This document shows, one piece after another, positions 10,071 through 19,776 of a DNA stretch of 64,000 bases. Within the stretch, counting starts at the first letter, position 1. Each line of letters begins with the position of its first letter. A program made the translations under genes and the position numbers. Below the pieces are notes generated by a model. The model had not been told where the DNA came from. It did no database searches and saw only the letters and a list, made by a program, of their open reading frames with translations. Origin of the DNA: Deltaproteobacteria bacterium (lineage in GTDB: Bacteria > SAR324 > NAC60-12); assembly GCA_038150265.1 (NCBI GenBank), contig JAYOTF010000002.1, positions 17,303 to 81,302 of the forward strand, written 5' to 3'.

Positions 10071-10881
10071 GTTTCCCACTGCCGAGGCCCTGGGGCGTTT
10101 GACCGCTCACCTCTTTGAGGTGTGGGGCGATGACTTCCGGCATTACAACTCGGCGAGCCTGGCCCGCCGTGTTGCCCTGACGCTGGTGCAGCATCAGCTC
10201 ACCAGCCTGGACGAGTTGCTGGCTCGTCTTGAGCACAGCCGTGTCCTCCGGGAGGCCCTGCGGAACAACCTCTCCATCAATGTCACGGCGCTGTTTCGCG
10301 ATCCGGTGGTGTTTCGCTACCTGCGTGAACACGTCCTGCCGTGGCTGGCAACCCATTCGTCCATCCGCATCTGGTCTGCCGGAGTGGCAACCGGAGCCGA
10401 GGCGTGGTCGCTTTCCATCCTCCTGCATGAGGCCGGTTTGGCGCAGCGGAGCACGATCTATGCGACCGACTTCAATCCGCATCTGGTGGAGCAGGCCGAG
10501 CGGGGAGAGTTCCCCCTCAAGCGCTTGGCGGAGTATGGACGCAACTACGAAGAAGCCGGAGGCTCCGGACGCTTCTCGCAGTACCTCTCTCTGCACCACG
10601 CCAACGCTCGGTTTTGTGACCAGCTGAGGCAACCGATTGTTTTTGCCGCCCATAACCTTGCAACGGATGGAGCCTTCAACGACTTCCACCTGATCTTGTG
10701 CCGAAACGTTTTGATTTACTTCGACCCTTTTCTCACCGAGCGTGTCCTGCATTTGTTTTCGGACAGCCTGATGGAGCGAGGCTTTCTCACCCTGGGGCTC
10801 AAGGAATCTCTGGGGAGTGGTCTGGGACATCAGAGTTTTGAGGAGCATGCGGCCGCGCTGAAAGTCTATCGAAAGCGATGA
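10060..10881 (+). CDS. cheR: CheR-type protein-glutamate methyltransferase
   Basis: INVTALFRDP, IRIWSAG.ATG.E, ILCRNVLIYF. Confidence 0.9.
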   Translation: MDVEFPTAEALGRLTAHLFEVWGDDFRHYNSASLARRVALTLVQHQLTSLDELLARLEHSRVLREALRNNLSINVTALFRDPVVFRYLREHVLPWLATHSSIRIWSAGVATGAEAWSLSILLHEAGLAQRSTIYATDFNPHLVEQAERGEFPLKRLAEYGRNYEEAGGSGRFSQYLSLHHANARFCDQLRQPIVFAAHNLATDGAFNDFHLILCRNVLIYFDPFLTERVLHLFSDSLMERGFLTLGLKESLGSGLGHQSFEEHAAALKVYRKR

Positions 10882-12050
10882 ATACCACTTATCACTCCCA
10901 GGAGCCGGTCTTGGTCGTGGATGACCAGGAAAAGAACCGGTTCGCCTTTCGTCAAATCCTCAAACTGGAGGGCATCCCCAGCGTGGAGCTGGAATCGGGA
11001 ACCGAAGCGCTGCGGTTTTTGCTGCACCAATCGGTGTCTCTGATTTTGCTGGATGTGCAGATGCCCGGCATGAATGGCTTTGAGACGGCCCAGCTCATTC
11101 GAGAGAATCCGGATTACCAGGAGGTGCCGATTCTGTTCATCACGGCGACGTACCGCTCCGACAAGTTTGCTGACTACGGGTTTGCGGTGGGGGCCTACGA
11201 CTACCTGACCAAACCCGTGGACAACCGCCTGCTCGTGAGCAAGGTGCGGCTGTTCCGGGCCCTGTACTTTGAAAAACAGGAGCTGCGCCGGGCGCACCAG
11301 CAGCTGAAGTTGCAGCACGAGCAGCTGAAATCGGTGAAGACCCAGGCCTTCCAGACGGCCAAACTGGTTGCCCTGGGCAAGCTGGCCACGGGCGTGGCAC
11401 ATGAGATCAACAACCCCCTGACGTTTGTGAACAGCTTGCTGGATGAGTGGGCGGAGGACCTCCAGAATCCGGAAGCGGTCGACCTGCACCAGCTGCAGCA
11501 GGACCTGGAACAGGGGCGTCAGCAGACCCAGCGGATCGCCAAGATCGTTCGGCACCTGATGGTCTTTGGACGTGGCGAAGAAGGCACTCAGGGGCCCTCC
11601 AGCCTAAGAGCGGTGCTGGAAAACAGCCGGCTTCTGATTGGTCAGCAGCTGCAGCAACAGCACGTCGACTTTGAAGTGGATCTGCCGGACACGCTTCCGC
11701 TCCTGCAAGGGAGTCAGCAGGACCTGGAACAGCTGCTGCTGAACCTGCTTCACAATGCTCTGGAGGCCTTTGAGCCGGAAGCTCCTTCCAAGCAACTGCA
11801 CCTGAAGGCTCGTGTGAAGGGAGAAAAGGTGGTGCTACAGATCCAGGACAATGGACCCGGAATTGAGGAAGAAGCGCTTGGAAAGATCTTTGACCCCTTC
11901 TTTACCACGAAAGAAATTGGACGCGGGGCCGGACTGGGGCTAGCGGTGAGTCATGGGCTGGCACGTGCCATGGGGGGAAGCATTACCTGCGAATCTTCTG
12001 CAGTGGCCGGGACTCAGTTTGATGTGACACTGCCGCTGGCACTGGGGTGA
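10878..12050 (+). CDS. cytoplasmic receiver-histidine kinase (REC-HisKA-HATPase)
   Basis: VLVVDD, LLDVQMP, GVAHEINNPL, DNGPG, FDPFFTTK, GAGLGL. Confidence 0.92.
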   Translation: MNTTYHSQEPVLVVDDQEKNRFAFRQILKLEGIPSVELESGTEALRFLLHQSVSLILLDVQMPGMNGFETAQLIRENPDYQEVPILFITATYRSDKFADYGFAVGAYDYLTKPVDNRLLVSKVRLFRALYFEKQELRRAHQQLKLQHEQLKSVKTQAFQTAKLVALGKLATGVAHEINNPLTFVNSLLDEWAEDLQNPEAVDLHQLQQDLEQGRQQTQRIAKIVRHLMVFGRGEEGTQGPSSLRAVLENSRLLIGQQLQQQHVDFEVDLPDTLPLLQGSQQDLEQLLLNLLHNALEAFEPEAPSKQLHLKARVKGEKVVLQIQDNGPGIEEEALGKIFDPFFTTKEIGRGAGLGLAVSHGLARAMGGSITCESSAVAGTQFDVTLPLALG

Positions 12051-12077
12051 CGGTTGCCGGGCTGAGGAGGTTTCCCG

Positions 12078-12833
12078 TTAGCGGTAATCGTCAAGCAGGA
12101 ACGGGTTCTTCTTCTTTTTCCGGCGTCGGCGAATGGGGAACTCTTGAGCCTTGAGTTTCAGCAGTTCCACCTGCAAGCGAATTTCACTGGCGTACTCCGA
12201 ATCTGGAAACTGTTCCAGAAGGTACTCCGCTGTTTGAATCACGGGGCCCAGCTTGGGCCGGTGGGGTAGGTTGTCAATCTTCAGGTAGCGTTCCAGGGTA
12301 CGAGCCCGGGCCGTGTCTTTGTTGATGGTGACGGTCCAGGCCCCGCTCCGCTCTCCCAGCGCTGCAATCCCGGTCCCGGTTTCCTGACTCCAGCAACGAA
12401 CCGCTGCCTGCATCAGGGCCACCACGTAGGTGTGCCAGTAATTTTCCTCAACCAGCGGCAGGATGGGCTCGCGCTGGATCTGAGTCTGGACCTTGCAGAT
12501 GTTTTCGAAGAGGGTGTCGTAAATGAAGGGCTTGACGATGATTCCGGTCACCCCCAGCTCAACCGCTTCTGCCGACTGACTGAGGTCGCCGGTTCCGGTC
12601 ACCAGGATGAACGGAATCTCTTTTTCGTTGGCTCGAAGTTCCTCCACCACTTCCAACCCTGAGCCGTCTGGTAACTGAAGATCCAGAACGAGGCAGTCAA
12701 TCCGGCGTTTTTGGAGGATGCCCCGGGCATCGTCCAGATTTTCTGCTCCCATGGTGGTGTGTCCCCACTCGACCAGAAGCCGCTGCATGGTGATGTTCAG
12801 CTGCAAATCGTCTTCAATAACCAGAATCTTCAT
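12078..12833 (-). CDS. response regulator: REC plus putative ChiS-family DNA-binding domain
   Basis: MKILVIEDD, LDLQLPD, IVKP. C-terminal domain is homologous to 55367..55960. Basic tail RRRRKKKK. Confidence 0.8.
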   Translation of the reverse strand: MKILVIEDDLQLNITMQRLLVEWGHTTMGAENLDDARGILQKRRIDCLVLDLQLPDGSGLEVVEELRANEKEIPFILVTGTGDLSQSAEAVELGVTGIIVKPFIYDTLFENICKVQTQIQREPILPLVEENYWHTYVVALMQAAVRCWSQETGTGIAALGERSGAWTVTINKDTARARTLERYLKIDNLPHRPKLGPVIQTAEYLLEQFPDSEYASEIRLQVELLKLKAQEFPIRRRRKKKKNPFLLDDYR

Positions 12834-13187
12834 AATCAGACTCGACTCAACAGTAGGTTGGCAGTCCATTCAGGATAGGAAAAAATGACGGGCTGAACAA
12901 GGTCGAATGCCGGACATTTTTTCTATATTTTACAAATATTTAGGGGCTTGAATTTCTTTGGGAAATTGTCATTTTAATCGGATTTTTGTTTTGAATGTCC
13001 GGGTGCAGGGACAAAACTGGACCACGGAGTCCGGTAATTTGGCAGATCGTGCTTTCTAGAAAAAGCAACTTTGGTATCGATGTGCTGAAGAAGTGACTGC
13101 CTAGAAGAAAGGTGACAGGTCACAGGAAGCCCCTGTGGCGACTTCGCCGGGGAAACGGAGCTGGAGTTGCTGGGGTGAGGAGGCCTC

Positions 13188-13263
13188 TGGAGCGGCAGAC
13201 GGGTCTCGAACCCGCGACCTGCAGCTTGGGAAGCTGCCGCTCTACCAACTGAGCTACTGCCGC
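13188..13263 (-). tRNA. tRNA-Gly(CCC)
   Basis: GCGGCAGTAGCTCAGTTGGTAGAGC-GGCAGCTT CCC AAGCTGC-...GGTTCGAGACC...CTCCA; 76 nt, CCA encoded. Confidence 0.97.
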
Positions 13264-13356
13264 GTGAGGAAGGGACGGAGGTGGGTACCGTGGTTCTGAT
13301 GATACGAGAACCCCGGAGCAAAAATCAACTGAGAATCGTGTCTTCAGCAGGGAGGC

Positions 13357-14637
13357 TCACGGGAGCAAGTCCCGGAGGCGGAAGTAGGCCATGGCCAGCA
13401 CCAGCGAAGGCATCCGGAGCAGCGGCCCGCCTGGAAAGTGTGCGTGCGGGAGGCGGCTGCAGACGTCAAAGCGCTCGGCAAGTCCGCGCACGGCTTCGGC
13501 CATGAGCTTTCCGGCCATGGGGCCCATGGACACACCGTGCCCGGAAAAACCCTGGGCGAAGAGGATGTTGGGGGCCAGCCAGCCCAGGTGGGGGGCACGG
13601 TTCATGGTGATGCCAACAAACCCGCCCCACGCGTACTCCATCTGGACGTCCGCCAACTGCGGGTACACGAGCAGCATGCGCTCCTTCATGGCGGCAAACA
13701 GGTCCCGGGGCTCCAGAGTGGAGTAACTGACCCGTCCCCCAAACAGCATGCGGTGGTCTGCAGAGCAGCGGTAGTAGTCGAGGACAAAGTTGATGTCTGC
13801 CACCGCCTGGTTGTCTGGAAGCAGTTCGCGGGCCCGCTCTTCCCCCAGGGGCTCGGTGGCACCAATGTAAGTTCCAACCGGCATCAGCTTGCCCCGCAGT
13901 GGCTGAGACAGCTTTCCCAGGTACGCATTTCCCGCGAGGATCACGGACTGGCAACGAACCTCTCCGGTTTCGGTGATCAAGCGAGGGCGGTCCCCGGGTT
14001 CCAGAGAAAGGACCGGGCTGCTCTCATGAATCGTTGCGCCTTCCTGCTCGGCGGCACGGGCCAGCCCAAGGGTGAAGTTGAGGGGGTGCAGGTGTCCGCT
14101 GTTGGGGTCAAAGAGCCCCGTCCGGTAGCGCTCCGAGCCGATGTGCTGGCGCAACTCGTCTCCCTCCCAGAGCTGGAGCCCCTCGTAGCCGTATTCCCCT
14201 TCCAGCTCGTTCCAGAGGTCCCACAGTTCCCGACTCTGCCGAGGCTTGATGGCGGCGTGCATCTGCCCCTGCACCAGGTCGCAGTCGATCTGATACCGCT
14301 TGACCAGGTTCCGGACGAGATCCAGAGATTCAAGGGAAACCGCCCAAAGCTTGTGGGCGTCCTCGATCCCAACGAGGCTCCGGATGGTGGACATCTCACA
14401 GCCAAATCCGAAGATGAACTGTCCACCGTTGCGTCCGGAGGCGCCCCACCCCACGCGGTTGGCTTCCAGCACCACCACTCGGTAGCCCTGCTGGGCCAGG
14501 TGCAACGCAGCGCTGAGTCCACAACCTCCGGCTCCCACCACACAGACGTCTGCCTCCACCGTCCCCTTCAGGCTCGGACGTTGGGGGGCCGCATGGGCAG
14601 AGGCGGCATAATAGGAAGGAGCGTGAGCAAGAGACAT
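13357..14637 (-). CDS. puuB: FAD-dependent oxidoreductase, gamma-glutamylputrescine oxidase-like
   Basis: SYYAASA, VVGAGGCGL, GASGRNGG, AQGFSGHGV; downstream of a PuuA-like gene. Confidence 0.8.
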   Translation of the reverse strand: MSLAHAPSYYAASAHAAPQRPSLKGTVEADVCVVGAGGCGLSAALHLAQQGYRVVVLEANRVGWGASGRNGGQFIFGFGCEMSTIRSLVGIEDAHKLWAVSLESLDLVRNLVKRYQIDCDLVQGQMHAAIKPRQSRELWDLWNELEGEYGYEGLQLWEGDELRQHIGSERYRTGLFDPNSGHLHPLNFTLGLARAAEQEGATIHESSPVLSLEPGDRPRLITETGEVRCQSVILAGNAYLGKLSQPLRGKLMPVGTYIGATEPLGEERARELLPDNQAVADINFVLDYYRCSADHRMLFGGRVSYSTLEPRDLFAAMKERMLLVYPQLADVQMEYAWGGFVGITMNRAPHLGWLAPNILFAQGFSGHGVSMGPMAGKLMAEAVRGLAERFDVCSRLPHAHFPGGPLLRMPSLVLAMAYFRLRDLLP

Positions 14638-14743
14638 GGGAATCACCAGGTTGAGGAAACGGGATCAGGCGGAGTGGTCGGACGGGCTCAATAAACGTGC
14701 TTTTCTTATTGAACCGCGTCTGGAGGCAAGTCTCAAACGTTGC

Positions 14744-16099
14744 TTACAGCGTTTTGAGGTACCAGTCGTATTCCAGGGGGTGGAAGAATTCCTGAAAGCG
14801 CTCCTGCTCCCCCCGTTTGAGGTTGCAGTAGAGGGACCAGAACTCCCGGCCGAGTGCCTTCGGGAGGACCTTCCCTTCCTCAAAGGCAAGGGTGGCTTGC
14901 TCCCAACTCCGGGGCAGGTCGGAGCCAAGCCGGTAGGCGTCTCCGGAAATCGGCTCCGGCGGGGTGAGCTGATGCGTCAGGCCGTGGTCGATGGCGGCGA
15001 GGAGCGCGGCCACCAGCAGAAAGGGGTTGGCGCCTGCTCCGGCCAGGCGGTGCTCAATCCGGGTCGCCTCCGGAAGTCCGGCAGGAATGCGGACGGCCGT
15101 TGTGCGGTTGTTGTACCCCCAGGTGCGGTTGCATGGCGCAAACGATCCCGGTTTGAAGCGCTGGTAGGAGTTGGCATGCGGAGCACAGAGGAGCATGGAC
15201 TCTTCCATCAGCTCCATCAACCCGCCAATGGCGTGGTGCAGGGCCGGGCTGCCCGTGGGGGACGCTCCCTGAAAAATGTTTTCGCCAGCCGCATCCAGCA
15301 GGCTCAGGTGGGTGTGCATGCCGTTCCCTGCGCGGTCCTGGTAGGGCTTCGGCATAAACGTCGCCTCCATGTCGTGGCGAATGGCCACGTTGCGGATGAT
15401 GTGCTTGAGCATCAGGGCGTCTTCACACGCCTGCACCGGATCTGGAACGTGGCGGAGGTTGATTTCGAACTGTCCGGCGTCCAGCTCTGCAACGGCTGTT
15501 TCAGCCGGAATGTTGAGGGCCACCGCAGCTTGCTGAACCTCCTTGAGGAACTCGCCATAGGTGTCGAGGGCCCGGAAGGCGTAGAGTTGGCTTTCGGTCT
15601 CCCGGATGCCGGTCCGTGGGGAGCGAGGGGGCTGGGGGAGCCCCTGACGGTTGGGCTGCTTGTCAATGAGGTAGAACTCCATCTCAATGGCCACCACCGG
15701 TGTCCACTGGCGCTGCTGAAAGCGCGCGAGCACTTCTTCCAGAACCGTCCGGGGGTCTCCAAAGTAGGGGGCGCCCTGTTCGTCTTCCATGCGGAGCTGA
15801 ATCTGAGCCAGCCCGGGCCGCCACGGGACGGTGCTGAGGGTTTCCGTGAGGATGCGGCAGTGGCTGTCGCCATCGCCACTGGCAAAGCCGAGTCCGGTCC
15901 GCTCGATGGTCTCACCGGTGACCCCGAGGGCAAAGATGGAGGTGGGCAGGAAGACGCCTTCCTGAACCGCTTTGGGAAGCTTGGAGGCGAGGATGCGTTT
16001 GCCCCGGAGGATGCCATGCATGTCGGCAATCTGCAGGTCCACAAACTCCACTTCGGGGTGGTCCTGCAGAAAGGTGTGTACAGAGTCGAGATCGGTCAT
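14744..16099 (-). CDS. puuA: glutamine synthetase family, gamma-glutamylputrescine synthetase-like
   Basis: DMHGILRGK, EMEFY, GQFEIN, TFMPKP, GNGMHTH, NSYQRF, NRT, RIEHR; paired with a PuuB-like gene. Confidence 0.78.
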   Translation of the reverse strand: MTDLDSVHTFLQDHPEVEFVDLQIADMHGILRGKRILASKLPKAVQEGVFLPTSIFALGVTGETIERTGLGFASGDGDSHCRILTETLSTVPWRPGLAQIQLRMEDEQGAPYFGDPRTVLEEVLARFQQRQWTPVVAIEMEFYLIDKQPNRQGLPQPPRSPRTGIRETESQLYAFRALDTYGEFLKEVQQAAVALNIPAETAVAELDAGQFEINLRHVPDPVQACEDALMLKHIIRNVAIRHDMEATFMPKPYQDRAGNGMHTHLSLLDAAGENIFQGASPTGSPALHHAIGGLMELMEESMLLCAPHANSYQRFKPGSFAPCNRTWGYNNRTTAVRIPAGLPEATRIEHRLAGAGANPFLLVAALLAAIDHGLTHQLTPPEPISGDAYRLGSDLPRSWEQATLAFEEGKVLPKALGREFWSLYCNLKRGEQERFQEFFHPLEYDWYLKTL

Positions 16100-16149
16100 G
16101 AATGTTCCGACGCCGGAGCGTCAAAGAGGAATGGCGGGAGCGGGGTGCG

Positions 16150-16518
16150 TCAGCACTGGCGTTCGAGGGCCCGGTTGCGGTAGGCCTTGTCGCGGTTGAT
16201 CTCCTGACGCGTGGGCAGGCGTGGCGGGGGGTTGCCCTGCAGCATCTGCTGCAGACGTCCCTGCTGTCCGGAAGTCGTGGGGATGCCCTTGCGTTTGCGG
16301 TTCCAGGCGTCCAGTTCGAGCTGCCGCTGCTGCTCTCCCGTGAACACCGGGCGGTCTTGCTCGGCCTCCACCTCGCGTTGCACCCGGCCTTCGCAGAGGG
16401 TCCGCTTGTGCTGCTTCATGAAGAGGCGATCGGTGGCAAATTCCTGGGCTGCCGCTGAGAGCGGATGAGCGAGCAGCGTGGTGCCAAGCAGGGCAAAAGA
16501 CAGCAAAAGACGAAACAT
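16150..16518 (-). CDS. exported hypothetical protein
   Basis: Signal peptide MFRLLLSFALLGTTLLAHPLSAAA followed by a basic/Gln-rich mature part. Confidence 0.6.
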   Translation of the reverse strand: MFRLLLSFALLGTTLLAHPLSAAAQEFATDRLFMKQHKRTLCEGRVQREVEAEQDRPVFTGEQQRQLELDAWNRKRKGIPTTSGQQGRLQQMLQGNPPPRLPTRQEINRDKAYRNRALERQC

Positions 16519-17024
16519 TTTTTCAAAGGGACTCAAGTTTTTGGGCAGAAATGCCGATAACCCTGATCAAGAAAGCCTTTTCTTCAGGAGTTGAAGAAGG
16601 AGACAAGCAAGTTTAACGCCTACTGAGCGCAGCAATGGATGGCCCCTCTCCAACACCCCGTGGGAGGATGAGCCGCTTGGTGAGGCGAGGACAGACGAGT
16701 TCTTTGACAAGTCGATTCTGACTGAGTCCCCCGGAAGCAGGGCCGACTCCGGAATGTGCCAGCCAGCACGGTGGCCAAGCGGGCGTCTTCGAGTGACTGA
16801 AGGCCTCTTGCATGAGACCAACCGGCCGGTCAGGGCGCTTTCGGCAGAACGGAACCCTGGGAGCCTCCTCGCTCTCTTGGCACCGACGCGAGCCTGATGC
16901 TCAAAAAGTGCTGTGATTTTGAGGCGTTGCCTCCTTCCAGGGACCTCAAGGAATTTTTTTAGGTTCAACCTGTAGCTTATCCCCCTTTTGGGGTTTATCC
17001 TAATAACCAACGTTAAGGAGCGTT

Positions 17025-17249
17025 ATGACGCCATCCGAACAGAAGATTGAACAGTACCACTCCATAGTTGGAGCCGACACCAGCTTCCGCTTTGAAGAAA
17101 AAGTGGCTCAAGCGGTGTTGGAGCTTGCGGAGTCATTGGAAGGCAACTTCATGGACGATGAATCGAAGGTCGATTATGCGACCCACGTTTTTGCCAAAAT
17201 GCTGGATGACCTCGCAGACTTTCTGGAACATCCACGCCTCATGAACTGA
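17025..17249 (+). CDS. small acidic hypothetical protein
   Basis: Strong RBS TAAGGAG, protein-like composition, abuts the next ORF. Confidence 0.7.
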   Translation: MTPSEQKIEQYHSIVGADTSFRFEEKVAQAVLELAESLEGNFMDDESKVDYATHVFAKMLDDLADFLEHPRLMN

Positions 17250-18650
17250 ATGGCCCCTGCCGCGTCGCCCGGATCCGTCCGGGCGCGACTGGAGAAGCAG
17301 CGATTCGGCACCTGGCTCCGCTTGGCGGGGCTGAGTTTTGTTGGCACCGCCCTGGTGCTGATGGCCCTGCTGATTTTCCAGGAAACTCCTCCCGCGTTTG
17401 AAGTCTGGGTTGCCGTCAACCTGGCCCTGCTCACCGTCTGCCTCCTCGGCAGCTGGCTGGTCAGTGCCCAGGTCGGCCGTCAGCTTCTCCTTCGTCAGCA
17501 TCCGGAACTTGCAGAAGCGCTGCGGACGGCAGAAGCCCTGCACCGCAATCCGGCTCCGACTCCGGAAGATGAATTCTTTCGCAAGCAGCACCTCCATCAC
17601 CTTGAAGCCGAGCTTGAGGCCCAGCCGCGTGCGCTGGAGCCCCGTTGGCGGGTTCCGGTACTGCTGGCCGTCGCGGTGCAAACGGTGTGGCTGGCCGCCT
17701 TGTGGTGGGTTCCCGGCAACCCGGCCTTCCTGGAGTGGCGCGATGGACCGCTTCCAGAGGTCGCGGGCTCCTACCGGCTGCTGTTTCCTGCCTACCTGGA
17801 ACGCGAATCACTGGTGCTGGAGACCCTTCCGGATCAGCTGAAGGTGCCCCGAGGCACCCGCCTGGAGGTGATGCTGGAAGACCGTCCGGACTCGGGTGAC
17901 CGCAGCCGGCTGGAGGTTCCGGAGCAGCCGCCGGAGGCGTTGCAGTGGCTCGAACAGCAGGGGCGCTGGCTGGCCGCCCTGACGCCGGCAGCATCCGGAA
18001 CGCTCATCCTCGACTGGGAGCGCCGGAAGATTCCGGTGGAAGTGGTGCCTGATGCGGCGCCGGAGCTGCTGGTGCTGTGGCCCAAGCTGGAACACATCTT
18101 CGACAGCTCCCCCTTGCCGGTGGACCTGACCGCCACTGACGACCACGCCCTCTCGCGCATCACGCTTTATTACCGAGTCGAGCAAACCGGCGAAGTCTAC
18201 CGCGAGATCATCCAGGCCTTTGAGTCCACGGTTTCCGAGCATCAGGAGCTGTACTCGTGGGAACTCTCTGGAACGCCCCTCCGGGCTGGTGACAACGTCA
18301 CCGCCTGGATGGAAGCAACCGACCGAGACACGTTGATGGGACCGAACGTGGCTCGCTCCGAGGAGTTTCAGTTTACGGTGGAGAGCCTGAAGGAATTTCA
18401 CGAACGCCTGCTGGCGCGCCTCTGGGAAGTCGACGAGGGCCTGCGGGAACTGTTGGGCTTTCTGGACCGCAAGCTGATTCCGGAAACAACGGAGCAGGAG
18501 CGCTACCTGGAGGAATTGCTGGAGCGCATCAAGCGCGACATGACCTGGGACCCGCTTCTTTCCGACCCGCTCAAGAGCCTGGTTCGGGAGCTGCAGAACC
18601 GCCTGGAAGACTACCGTGACCGGCGTCGTCAGGCCGGACCCGCCAGCTGA
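17250..18650 (+). CDS. membrane-anchored hypothetical protein with Ig-like beta domains and a helical C-terminus (DUF4175-like)
   Basis: Three N-terminal TM segments; VVPDAAP and ATDDHAL motifs. Confidence 0.6.
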   Translation: MAPAASPGSVRARLEKQRFGTWLRLAGLSFVGTALVLMALLIFQETPPAFEVWVAVNLALLTVCLLGSWLVSAQVGRQLLLRQHPELAEALRTAEALHRNPAPTPEDEFFRKQHLHHLEAELEAQPRALEPRWRVPVLLAVAVQTVWLAALWWVPGNPAFLEWRDGPLPEVAGSYRLLFPAYLERESLVLETLPDQLKVPRGTRLEVMLEDRPDSGDRSRLEVPEQPPEALQWLEQQGRWLAALTPAASGTLILDWERRKIPVEVVPDAAPELLVLWPKLEHIFDSSPLPVDLTATDDHALSRITLYYRVEQTGEVYREIIQAFESTVSEHQELYSWELSGTPLRAGDNVTAWMEATDRDTLMGPNVARSEEFQFTVESLKEFHERLLARLWEVDEGLRELLGFLDRKLIPETTEQERYLEELLERIKRDMTWDPLLSDPLKSLVRELQNRLEDYRDRRRQAGPAS

Positions 18651-19303
18651 CGCTTTTCCACATCCCGCTTCAGGTAGAGAGGATGGACGCGGTCAAAGGC
18701 GTCTGGGCCGTGCTGTTCCAAACGGACCCGTCCCACGTGAGTGAGCAAGACGGCATCCGGAGCCAGGAACCGTCGGGGCTGCTGGGGCAGCTCGTGGAAG
18801 ATCGGGTCCGGTTTGGGCGCAATGGAGTGAAAGATTCCGGGCCGCCGGGTCTCTGCAGGCGTGAGGTCTTCCCAGCGGCTCAAATGAGGCTCGCGCTGAA
18901 GCTGAACGGTGCCTGCGACGTGTTGCGCTTCTGCCACAAAGACCTCCCGACGGGTGCAGTTGAGGAGCACCGGGAAGGACGCTTCTGTGGGTTCCGCCTG
19001 AGCCGCCAGCAGCTCCAGTGAATTGACCGCCACGAGGGGCTTGTTCTGGACCTGAGCCAGGGTCTTGATCACTGACATCCCAATGCGGACCCCTGTGTAC
19101 GAGCCCGGGCCCTGGTTGACGATGAACACGTCCACGTCCCGGAGCTGGAGCCGCAGGTCCTGAAAGGCGGGGTCCAGCAGCTCAAAGAGAGCGCTGGCGT
19201 TTCGCCGGCGGGTGAGGGCATAATGCTGGGCCAAAACTTCGGAGCCGCGCTGCAGCGCAAACGCGAGGTGGCCAAATGCGGTGTCCAGGGCAAGAGAGAG
19301 CAT
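18629..19303 (-). CDS. tsaB: tRNA t6A biosynthesis protein TsaB
   Basis: MLSLALDT, GPGSYTGVRIG, PLYL; TGATG coupling to tsaE. Confidence 0.92.
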   Translation of the reverse strand: MLSLALDTAFGHLAFALQRGSEVLAQHYALTRRRNASALFELLDPAFQDLRLQLRDVDVFIVNQGPGSYTGVRIGMSVIKTLAQVQNKPLVAVNSLELLAAQAEPTEASFPVLLNCTRREVFVAEAQHVAGTVQLQREPHLSRWEDLTPAETRRPGIFHSIAPKPDPIFHELPQQPRRFLAPDAVLLTHVGRVRLEQHGPDAFDRVHPLYLKRDVEKRQLAGPA

Positions 19304-19776
19304 CAGGGCTCCAGTTCCTTCAAGAGGGGAAAGAGTTCGGGAGACGCGGTTTCCAGCTCCAGGTACCGTCCTTCCGGAGTGGGCTGGAGGCGGATTTCCA
19401 GCACAGGCGCATCGGGAAGCTGCTCCCGGATCAGGTCGGGCCACTCAATGAGGCTGATGCCCTCTGGAGGAATCAGCTCCTCCGGATCGAAGGCGTCGAG
19501 CTGCGAGGCGTCTTCCAGGCGGTAGAGGTCGACGTGGTGAACCGGCAGGCGTCCGGAGTAAATGTGAACAATGGTGTAGGTGGGAGAGGTGACCGAGGTG
19601 GCAGCCAGGCCGAGTCCGGACCCAATGCCCTTGGCCAGCGTGGTCTTGCCCCCGCCCATGGGACCGTTCAGGAGCACCACGGTGCCAGCCTCCAGTTGGG
19701 CGCCCAGGCGTTCACCCCAGGCCTGAGTGGCTTCTGGAGTGGGCAGTTGCAGAGACGTTACGCGGGAATCACCCAT
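19303..19776 (-). CDS. tsaE: tRNA t6A biosynthesis ATPase TsaE
   Basis: GPMGGGKTT, VTSPTYTIV, HVDLYRL, LIEWP. Confidence 0.95.
   Translation of the reverse strand: MGDSRVTSLQLPTPEATQAWGERLGAQLEAGTVVLLNGPMGGGKTTLAKGIGSGLGLAATSVTSPTYTIVHIYSGRLPVHHVDLYRLEDASQLDAFDPEELIPPEGISLIEWPDLIREQLPDAPVLEIRLQPTPEGRYLELETASPELFPLLKELEP

Noticed and set aside
12910..13002. 9-bp inverted repeat CCGGACATT/AATGTCCGG flanking an AT-rich promoter (possible invertible segment or MITE)
   Set aside because: It is short, there is no recombinase nearby, no target duplication and no second copy; compatible with chance.
16540..17020. 480-bp gap with a 147-aa minus-strand ORF and a start-less plus-strand open frame; considered as a gene, recoded gene or ncRNA
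   Set aside because: There is no RBS/start pairing, the composition is not protein-like, and I see no tmRNA, RNase P, SRP or 6S signature. It is most simply a divergent promoter region, though not fully explained.
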